Source: Heptranchias perlo
Lineage: Eukaryota
NCBI RefSeq assembly: GCF_035084215.1
Contig: NW_027138892.1
Location: forward strand, 372,001 to 436,000
Direction of reading: 5' to 3'
DNA length: 64,000 nucleotides
Shown here piece by piece: positions 16,133 to 28,501 of the stretch. The notes beneath the pieces are model-generated. The model saw only the letters and a list, made by a program, of their open reading frames with translations. It was not told where the DNA came from and did not search any database. Within the stretch, counting starts at the first letter, position 1. Each line of letters starts with the position of its first letter. Both the position numbers and the translations under genes were made by a program.

Positions 16133-17953
16133 TTTTTTTTTTCTTTTTTTTTTCACTTTCAGATCTTTTTTTCTCCGTTTTTCTTTTTTTTTATTTTGTT
16201 AGGCCCCCCTTTTATAAGAAGGGGGGGTGTGGGGTGTGCTTAAATACTAAAACCAAACAAACCAAAACCAAGTGTTCAAATTAAAATTTTATTATCCTCG
16301 TCCAGGATACACTCCAGCCCCTGCGGTGCCCACCGGCCGCGGAAAGCCTCGAGCGTACCGGCAGACACCGCGTGCTCCATCTCCAGGGCCACCCGGGCGC
16401 GGAGCATTCCGCGGAAGAGAGGCAGACAGGCCGAGCAACCGCCCCCACGGACCACGATCATCCTAGACCTGTGGATGGCCACCTTGGACAGGCCCAGGAG
16501 CAGGCCCACGAGAACGTCCACCGACCTGCCCGCCCCCCTCATCACCGGGCGGCCAAAGATCAGGAGCGTGGGACTGAAATGCAGCCAGAACTTGAGGAGC
16601 AGCCCCTTCAAATAATGGAACAGGGGCTGCAGTCTCGCAAACCCAGTGTACAGATGGAACAAGGACTACTCCAGGCCGCAGAAATCACAAGCGGCCTGGG
16701 TGTCCGTGAAATGGCGTAACCGCCGGTTGCACGCGACTGCTCCGTGCGCCACCCTCCACCCCAGATCCCCGATGGAACACGGGAGGATCCCTGAGTAGAG
16801 AGCCCCCCACTGGGAACCCCCGTCTCCGCCGGACGGCAGGATGGTACGACAGGGCGTGTCCGGCCGAGAGACGAGGGCGAGGAAGTGGAGGGTGTGCAGG
16901 AGCAGCCCGTACAGGAAATCCCTCCGCGCGGTGTGAAACGGCACGGAGGGAATTTCCGAGAGACGGCTCAAGTTGTGAGGCGCGGCCCCCCGAGGGAGGT
17001 TCCGGGGTTTGGCGCCGAGGAGGAACTCCGTCCGAACGGGGGTCAGGTCGGACGGGATGGCTCCGCACGCCTGAGCCGCCTCCACATCCCGAGTGGAGTC
17101 AGGGCCGAGCGCCGATTTCAACGCCCGGATGGCGATGGCCGCGTCCCCGGCACGCCACGAGGACATCTGTGCGGCGAGCGCCCACGGCTCCAACCAACCC
17201 GACCCACCGCCATCCAGGACGTCCCTGACTCTGGTCACCCGACCGGCCACGGCCCTCCGCACCGACAGCCGCGAGTGGCCGAAGCCGATATCGCGGAGGA
17301 ACGGATTCCCGAGCAGCGGCTCCTGCAGGACGGCCGCTACCCCTGACGGGCGAGAGCTCCGACCGGAGGCGACCATGTTCCAGACCCTGAGCAGATCCTG
17401 GTAAAAGACAGGCAGCTCCTGCAAAGACATGCGGCCGCCCACCAGCGAGACGAACAGGAGCTGCGTGTCGTAGTTCAGGCCGTGCAGCTGGCGGAAAAAA
17501 TACGTCGCCAGCGCACGCCATCTAAGAGGACGCTCAACGTACAGGTATCGCCGCAGCGTCCGAAGGCGGAAAGTTGCCACCTGGGTGCAGACGCAGACCA
17601 GCCCCTGACCGCCCTCCCGAAGCGGGAGACTCAGGACCGCGGCAGCGACCCAGTGTATCCCTCTGGCCCAGAAGAAGTCGACGAACTTCCTCTGAATCTT
17701 GGCGACAAACTCAGGGGGGGGGGTCAAAGTGACCAACCGGTACCACAACATGGCGGCCACCAGCTGGTTTATGACCAGCACTCGACCCCTGTAGGATAAC
17801 ACTCGGAGCAGTCCTGTCCAGCGCGCCAGGCGAGCGGCGACCTTGGCCTCCAGCTCTTCCCAGTTCGCCGGCCAGGTACCGGAGGTGCGTGGTACTCCAG
17901 GCGAAAGGCCTGAGCTCCTCCGGCAGGGAGTCCACCCGCCACTGACCCACCAG
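16133..17953 (-). mobile_element. 5'-truncated, inactivated Tx1 copy (ORF2 C-terminal half, 3'UTR, tail)
   Basis: Near-identical to 1-705 in the overlap. Has a 32-bp deletion between CCAGG microhomologies at about 17875 (frameshift), an in-frame TAG at 16666-16668, and the C-terminal CDFC...H...C motif. Confidence 0.92.
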
Positions 17954-17984
17954 AAAACTAGACGAAACTGGAGTGCATCCTGGA

Positions 17985-18363
17985 TATCCACAGGTCCATG
18001 ATGCTCGCGGTCCGTGGGGGCGGGCACTCGGCCTGTCTGCCTCTCTTTCGCGGGTTGCTCCGCGCCCGGGTGGCCCTGGAGATGGAGCACGCGGTGTTTG
18101 CCGGTACGCTTGAGGCTTTCCGCGACCGCTGGGCACCGCAGGGGCTGGAGTGCATCCTGGACGAGGAAAATAAAATTTTAATTTGATGCCTGGTTTCGTT
18201 TTATTTGGTTTTTAGTACTTAAGCACACCCAACACCACCCCCCCTTCTTGTAAAAGGGGGGCCTAAAAAACAGGAAAAAAAAAAGGAAAAAAAAGGGTGC
18301 TGGTTGGTGGGTAAAGTGATAAAAGAAAAAGAAATAAAGGAAAAAAAAAAGAGAAAAAAAAAA
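17985..18363 (+). mobile_element. Short Tx1 3' end with compound A-rich tail, fused head-to-head to the preceding copy and abutting the ZP3 5' region
   Basis: ORF2 C-terminus ...WAPQGLECILDEENKILI*, terminal hairpin at about 18238-18262, tail. Confidence 0.9.
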
Positions 18364-18407
18364 GGTGCTGGTTGGTGGGTAAAGTGATAGTTGAGTTATT
18401 TGGTATC

Positions 18408-21262
18408 ATGGGGGATTTTGTAGTGAGAGGTTTGTTCCCGGTGCTGGTGTTCGTTGGAGCGGTTTGTTGCTCTGATATTTGGCAACAGTTTAGAGGCCAG
18501 AGATTTCCATGGAGAAGAGTAAAACCCACCCCTGTGCCCCAGAGAGTCCCTCCCCCTGTCCCTCCCTTTGGTTCCCATTTCAGTGTGTCTGAGGGGAGAA
18601 GTCTGTCCCCACTGCAGACTGTGATGGTGCAGTGTGGAGAGCAGAACCTGCTGGTGAGGGTAGACATGGATTTATTTAGAACCAGGCACCTGATTAAAGC
18701 TGCTGACCTGACCCTGGGGACAGCAGGTTGTCGGCCAACTGGGATCTACTCTCAGAACCACACTGTCCTCTTTGACAATGGGCTCCATGAATGTGGCAGC
18801 AGATTGCAGGTAATGTGATTCCTCAACTCTTGCTCCAATTTCACTGTGTGGATTACTGCCCACTCTGAACTCATTAACATCGGGTGAAACTCCAGCCACT
18901 GAGGAGATCCCTGAATGAAATCTGTGTATAAATTTTTGCCCACTGTGAAGTATCACCCTGTGTGAAACTACTTCTTTCTGTTGACATGTCAATCTTCGCT
19001 TTATATTTAAAAAGAACTTCAACTTGTCACTGAGGGACTGCATCTTTCTTAAATGGGTCATTGCTACTCTCGAACTCTGAGATTCAATTCTATTGACCTT
19101 GAACCTTCACCTGCATTTCTCCAAACCACTCTGTTCTTTTGTGCCTCAATTGATTTATCTTTTCCGTTCCTTCCTGTGGATATTCAGGCCTGTTGCCTCA
19201 ACTTGTGGTCAATGAATGATCAGTGTGGAAGTTCCTGTTGAGACTTCCCTTGAAAGATGAAACAAGTGGAACAATAATTGGGATACAGTGTATTAAAGGG
19301 GAACTCCACTTTTGGTTGTTACACCTGCCAAGACCATTGATTCCACGGACACAGATGAGATTTAAAAGTGATGTTGTGTTTTGTGCTCCATATCAGGGGT
19401 AACTTGAGCCCCTTAAGGTGAAAGCTCTAATCTATATGGGAAAGAATGCTCATCAAATCTGGCAGTGCCAATCATTTCAGGGGTTTCTGACTGCAGGCCT
19501 GAAGTCCCCTGTAATAGAAGGTGGACTGAGCAGAGTAACAGAGGCTGCTCCAGGCAACTTCTACCAATGGTGGAGCTACTTCAATCATGTGTCATTGAGG
19601 AGCAGCTGAAACCCCTCAAACTGCTGCTTAACAGGGTAGGAAAATGACCAGAAATAGCTTTTGTTCAATGAGACCAGCTCTTCATTCCTTAACCTGATGT
19701 ATTTCAGATGGCTGGCGATTTCCTGGTCGACACCACCCACCTGAACCACACCCCAAATGCTCGTGGATCTGTTATTGTGAGAACTAATGGAGCAATCATT
19801 CCCATTGAGTGCCACTGTTTTAGGTAAGAATCTTTACTCTATTGCAAATAAGGTCTACAGCAGGTGCAGTTCTGTGAAGTTGTCCTGAAATTACTGTACT
19901 GTCCTTTCAGGAAGGGCAATGTGAGCAGTGACCCTATCAAGCCCACCTGGATCCCATTCAGCTCTACCAAGTCTGGAGAAGGGCTTCTGTCATTCTCACT
20001 GCGTCTTATGAACGGTATGTGATGGGTGGATGGGGAGTGCTTTTCTGTGGTCTCCCACTGGGAGTTACGCCCACTGTCTCCAACCCTTTTCCTCTTGTAC
20101 TTCAGATGACTGGCTTACAGAGCGCACCTCGACTGTCTACTACCTGGGTGACCTCATTCACATTGAGGCCTCTGTTTCAATGACCAACCACATGCCCTTG
20201 AAGCTCTACATTGACAGCTGTGCAGCTACATTGAGCCCAGACAAGGATTCCACCCCAAGATACATCATTGACTCCCATGGGTAAGGAGCTCTCTGCTTTC
20301 TCCAGCTGGTTCTGTCTCAATCGGTTCACTTAATTCACTTTGTCCCTTTTTAAATCTTTCTTCAGTTGCCTCCTGGACAGCAAAGCTGAGGACTCCTTTT
20401 CAACCTTTGTGTTGCCAAGAGGTGAACGTGAGCTGGACAAACTCCAGTTTGATCTGGATGCGTTCCGCTTCTTTGGAGATGACCGTTCCTTGGTAAGAGG
20501 AAGCCAAACATTGGGGTCCCCATGTTGGGAGGAGGTCACTAAATAACAACTTGTATTGAATGTGTCCCTCAGATTTTCATCACTTGTCACCTGAAAGTTG
20601 CTGCAGTGGATCGGAGAGATTCAATGAACAAAGCTTGTACTTTCCAGAATATGTAAGTTCCCTCTCTCTCACTCAGGGATGTGTTATATTAAAGGGTGAT
20701 GGACAACATGGTTGATAAACTGATTCTCTGGTTGAGCTGGACCCCATTGGAAGAATCGACCAATGACGTGTGTGCCTGTTGTCATCTGGGCAACTGCAGT
20801 GCCAGTAGGGAATTCCGACTTGATTCCAGAGGAAGGAGGGATCTTGTATCTGGACCTGGTAGGACATTGATCCTCTTGATTGTTGGAGGTCACCCTTTAC
20901 CCTCTCTAACTGGAATGTTTGATATTGCAGGGAGTGATGCTGAGTTGAAGTGGGAGGGTGAGGCCTCACTTGGACCCTTGGTCATTCTGGATCCTGATGT
21001 GATAGACCTGGCAACTGAGCCCCTTAATGAGGTTGAGCAAAGGATGCAGGAGAGGTCTCCAGGTGGTGAGTTGGCCGACTGCTAGTTTCCATTTTCCCCT
21101 CAGTATTTCCTTCACTAACCATTGGTTTCTTGTTGCTTTATAGGTGTGGCGTCTGAGGTGGTCCTGATCTTGGCCCTGACTGTGAGCGCTGTCTCTCTGA
21201 TCTCTGCTTCTTGGATTGCCTTGTTCCTGAACAGGAAAAACAAGCAAACCCAGTTTAACTAG
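18408..21262 (+). CDS. zp3: Zona pellucida sperm-binding protein 3 (ZP3/ZPC)-like egg-coat protein, about 459 aa; possibly an incipient pseudogene
   Basis: Exons 18408-18809, 19708-19823, 19911-20014, 20106-20280, 20366-20492, 20573-20652, 20737-20858, 20931-21065, 21144-21262 join in frame. Signal peptide, ZP-N (VQCGE, LHECG), ZP-C ([34 protein letters not shown]), furin site RGRR, EHP LGPLVIL, TM helix. AATAAA at 21276. The exon 7 acceptor is a weak GAG. Confidence 0.88.
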
Positions 21263-24019
21263 TTATCAAATGACCAATAAAGCAGTGACCACTTGTATCT
21301 TCTCATGGCTGGTTGCTCATTTCTCACTGTCTCCAGTCAACGACACAATGAGTGCTCAATACCGTGTTAGTAACACACTGCACTCCTCCGTCAGTTCCTC
21401 CTGTTTGTGAAATGGGTTGAAATGGGTCCATGTAACTAGTGGCAGAATGGCTGGTAATAGTGTATCCAGGCCCAGTCCAGGGATGGCTGCAACAATGGGT
21501 GAAGGCTTGCCAGGCCCTCATTGTGCAGGTCAATGAGCTCTGAAGGGACAGTGGGACTGGCCTGAAGTACTGGTGCTGGGTGGTTGACTGCCCAATCATT
21601 CCCTTGGTGCTCTGTGGCCATTGATCACTCGAATCCGCACATGGGCTCCAAACTCCTAAACTTTCCCATTTGGAGCTAATTGTCCAAACACCAATAGGAT
21701 TGAAAATGGGTGGACTTGAACTCTCTTCCAAGATTGAAGATCTCTGCCCCTGGTGTGAAGATCTTTGTTTTGTTGGGCTGGGGCTCCAAGTAAATTTCCA
21801 ATGCCCAGTGTAATGATTAATGTTCACAGGGGGCAATGTTTTGCTCATTGGGTACAGGCACAGAGTGCGAGGGACGGGGAGCCCAGCGGTTGTGATTTAC
21901 CTCTGTTGGATTTGAATTTCACCTGTCTTCTCGTGAGCACAGACTGAAGTTTCGTTATCCTCAGCTTCCCCTCACGGCAGGCCCTCAGGATTGTATTGTA
22001 AGTAGTTAGTCCTATTTTTCAGATAACGTTATTGTTTATCATTCACTATATTTGAGGGGTGGCAATAGGAACAGGAGTTGGCCATTTAGCCCCTCTCGCC
22101 TGGTCCACCATTCAATGAGATCATGGTTGATCTGTGACATAACTCCATATACCTGCCTTAGTCATATCCCTTACCTTTTTGATTAACAAAATTTTAACCT
22201 GAGATAATAGATTTAACAATTGAGCTAGCATCAACTGCCATTTGTGGAAGAGTGTTCCTAACTTCGCCCACTCGTTGTGTGTAGAAGTGTCTCTTAACTT
22301 CATTCCTGAAAGTCCTAATTCGAACTTCGAGGTTATGTCCCCTGGTCGTTAAACTGGCTGTGTCTTTATAACTTTACAGTGAATTGGGTACAATCCATGT
22401 CTGGGACAACCTTGCCTTTGAAATACTGAAATTTGTTCATAAAATGTTCAGATTTAATAAGAGCATATTTGTTTATCTTTACTGAGCTGGGTTTTTCTTT
22501 TTGGTAAATCAGACATTCAGGGGGTCTATTAAACAGGATGGGAGCTGTTAGCAGTAAACACCCTCTTCAGACAACATTCTTTAGCAGGTGGAAACCACTT
22601 CTCCATTTAAATCAAATCATAGTAATATTTTACTTGAGCTATAATCACTGAAGTTTAGTGTTTAAACATAGCAGGAGATCCAGGCTCGTTCTGTTGCAGC
22701 AGAATCACAATAAGTTAGTGGGAACTTTTAACAATAGCAATTCATTTCTGCTCACTTCACACAAGGTGATGTTTCTTCCAGTGGAAACTGCAGTCAGACG
22801 GCCCCTCCTCACTTTCACTCTGAGCTTCCTCACACTATTGATGAATAATGTTAGGAAACATTAAACCCAATAGATGACAATACATTGTAGTGTAGTGTAG
22901 GGCCATCCTACCCTCTTCTGACTGTTGTCTGATTCACATGTAAACATTTCAGGGAGGCTTTACAAACTGGATATACTGGCCAGGACACCAGGAGAACTAC
23001 TTTGGGGTATTTTTAAAATGTTGCAACAAAATACCATGTAGAAATGCTTCATGAATTCATTCTCAATGAAGCTTAGGATCTTACAGGACAGAAACAGGTG
23101 ACTTTCCTTTCGCCTCCTCATCCAATCTAATGTTCCTCTGTTCCAAGGTGCCTCCACTATTATTCCCATTTAAAATAATTCATGGAGTCTGTGTGAACAA
23201 CATTTTCGGGCAGAACTCTACATTGTCCCCTCCCTATAAAGATATTTTTTTGAACCGTAGACATGTATCTTTTGCCATGTTACATTTGAACCGAGGGGTT
23301 ATAGAATCATAGAAATTTACAGCACAGAATGAGGCTATTCGGCCCATTGTCTGTGCCAGCTGAAAAAGCTATCCAGCCTAATCGCACTGTTGGTCTTGGT
23401 CCGCAGCCTTGCAGGTGACGGGACTTCAAGTGCGCATCCAAGTACTTATAAAAAGCGATGTTGGTTTCTGCCTCTACCACCCTTTCAGCGAGTCAGGTTT
23501 AAACCCACACCACCCTCTGGGTGAAAAAAATTATCCCCAGATCCCCTCGAATTCTTCCAATTATTTGAAATATATGCCCCCTGGTTATTGGCCTCTCTGC
23601 TAAGGGATATAGGACCTTTATATTCTTTTTTTATTTGTTCATGGGATGTGGGTGTTACTGGCAAGGGCAGCATTTATTGCCCATCCCATTTGCCTTTGAG
23701 AAGGTGGGGGTGAGTTGCCGCCTTGAAGTGACGCAGTCCGCGTGGCCCCCAATAATTTTATACACCTCAATTAAATCCCCCCCTCAGCCTCCTCTGTTCC
23801 AATGAAAACAACTCCAGCCGATCCAATCCTTCCTCACAGCTAAAATTCTCCAGTCCTGGACCATCCTTGTAAATCTCCTCTGGACCCTCTCTGGTGCAAT
23901 CCCATCTTTCCTGTAATGTGGTGACCTGAACTGGACACGGGTTAAATTTATTAGTCCGCCTGTTCCCACAGGTCCCAGTCGAGTTTCTTCATTCCTTTCC
24001 TTGGTTCAATCCGTCATTC

Positions 24020-24520
24020 ACCGATTGGGTTTATGACCGGTCACCACCTCCTGTGATTTCCCCAATTGGCTGCCCCTCTTCTCAGAGATTCTCTCGCTCC
24101 ACAGACCACCTGCACTCTGTCGGTTCCACCAATCCGGGAAGCTTCACCTGTGATTGGATGAACTCGGTGACCCGGGCCCGTCATGGCTGCCCAATCTCCC
24201 ACAATGCAGAGCGGCAGAGAAAAGGCCCCATCTGTGAGACAGGCCGCGCTGCACTCTGGGAGAATATTCGCACATGCGCACATCACCCGCCGGATCAGCG
24301 ACCGCTTCCTGTTGTGTCGCGAGACAAACTTTCCGTTTTTTCGGTTGAGAACGAGCGGTTTTTATTGTGACGGAAACTGACGTCACTTTTCCTTTGAATC
24401 GCGCGGTTTGATTTAAATAAACGGCGCACATGCGCAGTGTGGCGCGTCCCTCTTAAAGGGCCCTGGACCGGCCGAGAGTCCCCGAGCCCGGGGACAGGAC
24501 CGAGAGACGGGCAATGGGAT
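24020..24520. promoter_or_regulatory. CpG-rich promoter-like island without an identified downstream gene
   Basis: CCAAT x4, NRF1-like GCACATGCGCA at about 24269 and 24426, perfect CRE TGACGTCA at 24378, ETS-like CTTCCTG, CHR-like TTTGAA. Confidence 0.5.
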
Positions 24521-24554
24521 TAGAGCGGAGGGCGGCAGCACAAGTTGGTGAAAC

Positions 24555-25190
24555 CGTTAAAACAGCATCCGGTTCCTTGGCTTAATAATAGAGAAATAGA
24601 GCACAAAAGCAAGGAAGTTATGTTAAACGTTTATAAATCATTGTTCAGGCCTCATCTGAAGTATTGTGTCCAATTCTGGGCACTATAATTTATTAAGGAG
24701 GTCAAGGTCTTGGAGAGGATGGAGAGGAGATTTCCCAGAATTATACCAGGGATGGGGTTTAGTTGTGTGGAGAGACTCGAGAACCTGGGATTGTTCTGCT
24801 TCGAGCAATGAAGGTTAAGGGTAGAAGTAATCCACGTGTTCAAAATTAAGAGGGGTTTTGATCGAGTAAATAAGGAGAAACTTCACCCACTGGCGGGAGG
24901 GTCGGCAACCAACGGACGCAGATTTAAGATGATTGGCAAAAGAACCAGAAGGGAAATAAGGAGATTTTTTTTACACAGCGAATTGTTATGATCTGGAACG
25001 CACTGCCTTAAAGGATGGTGGAGCTCGATTCAATCGTAACTTTAAAAGGAAAATTGGATAAATACTTGAAAAGGTAAAAATTACAAAGTTTATGGGTAAA
25101 GAGCACGGGAATGGGAGTAATCGGTTACATCCTTCAAAGAGCTGGCCACTGCACGATGGGTCGAATGGCCTCTTGTGCTGTGAGATTCTA
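24555..25190 (+). mobile_element. CR1 LINE 3' fragment
   Basis: Degenerate RT C-terminus (LYKSL.RPHLKYCVQFWA) and CR1 3'UTR; duplicated at 41350-41850. Confidence 0.8.
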
Positions 25191-26374
25191 GGATTGTATA
25201 TTTTCCATATATTTGTTTCTGTAAGAAGGACAATGACAGGCTGTCTGAGCAAAGCAGATGTTCAAAAGGTCCAAACACACGAGGCATCGAAGAATCAGGT
25301 GTAGATTTCAGCCCAAATATGTTTTTTCTGCTCCAGTCATCAGCACAACACAGACCCCTGAAACACAACCAGTCACTCCTTCCAATATCACAGAGCCAGA
25401 AACAGACCAGCTCTCAGTTTGCTTTCGAGTGAGTGCTGAACTCATCACATGGTGTCTGCACTAAACTGGCAATTAGAATCTCCTAATCACTTGGCTGTTT
25501 GTTAATACGGTAAAAGAATCAGATTTTAACTGACCTGCCCTTTTCAATCCATTCATTGATCATTCACAGAGTCCCAAAGAGGCCTCTCAGAGTGTCTGAA
25601 TCAGCTGTACTAAAGATGATCCATTAGTTCTTCGCGATGAACGTGATGAAAACATATGTCGCTCGTTGATTTTGGTGTCAGAGGGTTAGATATTTATCTC
25701 ACAGTGGGAGAGAGATGAATAAGATGAAATAAAGCGAGTGTCTGTGGTAATGTTTGAATGACCGACACCAATCCGGAATTTGTGCAATGCTGAATGTTTC
25801 AATTCACAATGTGGATTTCCAATGGATTCTCTGCAATGTTAACACAAATCCGTTTGTTCCACAGGAGATGGTCGTGGTTCTGGTCACAGGAAATATACAA
25901 ATTCAGAAAATTTATTGTCTTGAATTTCTATATACTTCAGTTCCCAGAACGAATAATTACAGACTCTCTGGGGTACATTTTCCGCTTGGTGATCTGGTGT
26001 AAAACTGGCCTTGCAGATTGACCGCTCGTTACTAAAACCACCTGGGGCAGGAATTCTTCCTGGACGGTACCGCCTGACGGCCGGTATCGCTCGCTGAAGC
26101 TTCCTCCTGATATTCAGTCAAGTCCCACTGAAGTCAAGGGAACTGAATATCAGGTGGGATGTGTGATGGGCGGCCTATCCGCTATCACCCACTTTGTGCT
26201 ACAGCCCAAGACCATTCTGATTCCCATTGAAATGAACGGCAGGGAAATTCCCGCGGTTTGTACAAACAGCGGGCGGTCCGCCCACCAAATGACCTCCGGG
26301 CGGTGAAGACATATGTCGACACCTCCTCGTCACCGGGGCAGATTCGGTACTGGCGCTCGGGCATGAAACTGCCG

Positions 26375-26488
26375 TTGGCTCTGTGGGACTGGATAGACCC
26401 AGACCGACTGGAAGTGTATGGGGATATGCTTCTGGCAGACAGCATGGCAGAGTCCACGAGGAAAGGCATCATCACCCTCATCTCCAAG
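26375..26488 (+). mobile_element. Small L1/Tx1-type ORF2 fragment from a different lineage
   Basis: LWDWIDPDRLEVYGDMLLADSMAESTRKGIITLISK resembles the pre-RT region (W...PDLLEV...R.GIITLI.K). Confidence 0.55.
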
Positions 26489-26516
26489 TGAAGCTTTCTT
26501 ACATCGCGTCTCAGGC

Positions 26517-26920
26517 AAGTTTATCCTTGCTTAGATAAGGAGACCAAAACTGTACACAGTACTCCAGGTGTGGTCTCACCAAAGCCCCGTACAATTGCAA
26601 CAAGACTTCCTTACTCTTGTATTCCAGCCCCCTTGCAATAAAGGCCAACATGCCATTTGCCTTCCTAATTGCTTGCTGTACCAACATGTTAACTTTCTGT
26701 GTTTCTTGCACCAGGACACCCAAGTCTCTCTGAACATGAATATTCAATAGTTGCTCACCATTTTAAAACATTTTGTTTTTCTATTCTTCCTATCAAAGTG
26801 AATAACCTCACATTTCCCCACATTATACTCCACCTGCCACCTTGTCCACTCACGTAACCTGTCTGTATCCCTTTGCAGACACTTTGTGTCCTCCTCACAG
26901 CTTACTTTCCCACGTAGCTA
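26517..26920 (-). mobile_element. CR1 LINE RT fragment
   Basis: RDLGVLV...KANGMLAFIARGLEYKSKEVLLQLYGALVRPHLEYCVQFWSP. Confidence 0.85.
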
Positions 26921-28117
26921 GCGTCAGAGATCTTTTTACACTCATATACATTGTAAATAGCTGAGGCCCAGTAAAGGCCGGTATCGCTCGCTGATAAGTC
27001 AAGGGTAAAATCCCTACGAGGACATTGGTCCCAGCCTTGTTGAGGTGCAACCCGTCCATCTTGTACAGGTCTTTAGTATTAATCAAAGTGCACAATGAGG
27101 CCCCCGGTAAAGCGAGTATCTCCCCACAGATACTACCTGACCTGCTGAGTGTTGCCAGCAGTTTCTGGGTTTATTTTTGAGCTTTCACGATAGCAGTTTT
27201 CCTGACAACCTGCAACTTGCCTCAAGGGCGCAGCTTCAAGCACAACTTTCTTGTGCTCTTCTCACACACAAGATCGCACTTTACTTTCCGACACATGCGT
27301 TTAAAATCTGCCGTTTCCGCACACAGCGTCCTGCGCCACGAGAATTTGAAAGACCTTCCGCTCATGGCCTGTAATCGCTCCTTTTTCCCCACAGGCGCTC
27401 TTTACATTTATCCTCTACTCGATTCAATCACAGGTTTCAACAGAACTATTAAGATCAAGGCGGAACACTTCCGATCTTACTGCACCGCCCCAACTTGCCA
27501 AATGTGAACCTTTCAACCGCCATTCACAGCTCTGTAGCGCTGCCCGTCACTCACGCAACTCAACTGCTGAGAGAAAAGAGCCAACAAGCATCAAAACAAA
27601 AACCCCAGTTCTTCAGTTACCATCCCCTGGATCACAAGATTCCCCAAGTAAATTTCGTGAACATTCGGGCGGCTGTCTTTCCAGAGACCAGCCCTGCTTT
27701 CGTCGTGTTTGTCTGTCGAGCGGTCACGCAGATCGAAATGTATCGACTGGTTTCAAGGCACAAATGAACATTGGTGCGAATGGGACATGTGCCCAATAGA
27801 AACAGCGGTCGGAGCAGAACAAACTTAAAGGCATGAGATCGTGAAAGTGAATGTTAGAGTCGGCAATGGAGCAGGAAAGTGTCCATGAAATAGAAGGAGG
27901 GAAGTAAAGGCGGCCCATTGACTGTGGAAGGAAGAAAAAGCTGGGAGAAGAGGCGGGTTTGAACTGTGGAACATCAAGTACAGGCATGTGAGAGTGCTGG
28001 GATTTGACGGAATTAAAAGGTTTCACCAAAATAATATTATTTCTTGTGCGAAAGATTGATTTCTTGCTGCATTCTCTTAGCATATGTGGCAAAGGAGAAA
28101 ATCGGTAAATGACACTC

Positions 28118-28189
28118 TGTGGAGACTCGGATTCGCACGAAGGTCACTGCGACCACAACGCAGAGTATTAACCACAAAACGATCACGAC
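28118..28189 (-). pseudogene. tRNA-His(GTG) pseudogene
   Basis: Degenerate copy of the intact gene at 42857-42928 with broken acceptor and T stems. Confidence 0.8.
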
Positions 28190-28293
28190 GAGGGACATCA
28201 GGTGTGGCAGTTGTGCCCGAACAACAGCAATGGCGCTGCTTCGAAAAGAAGGATTCTGAGCGATGAGGCCAAAACAACCAGCACCTCAAATTG

Positions 28294-28376
28294 TAGCAGC
28301 GGTGGGATTTAAACCCACGGCCCCCACAGAAACTGGGACCTCAATCCAGCGCCTTCGACCGCTCAGCCACACTACC
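28294..28376 (-). pseudogene. tRNA-Leu pseudogene (anticodon now GAG)
   Basis: Reverse complement GGTAGTGTGGCTGAGCGGTCGAAGGCGCTGGATTGAGG...; B box mutated (GTTTAAATC). Confidence 0.8.
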
Positions 28377-28501
28377 ATGTCACCTCTGCTGCTCTCAGAA
28401 TCTGGGAACTGGTGATTGAAAAGCGGCTTTCTTACTCTGATCTTTCAGTCCAAGACTTTTGCTTTTACAAAATAAAAGGGCTTTCTTTGCACTGTTCATG
28501 C

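Noticed and set aside
21324-21848. 174-aa minus-strand ORF downstream of ZP3
   Set aside because: No recognisable domain or splice structure; probably a decayed repeat.
26045-26370. Palindromic segment (CCTGATATTCAGT...ACTGAATATCAGG)
   Set aside because: Probably a common non-autonomous DNA transposon relic; TIRs and TSD could not be defined.
28294-28376. Unusual tRNA-Leu with GAG anticodon
   Set aside because: The B box and anticodon stem are mutated, so decay explains it better than a novel isoacceptor.
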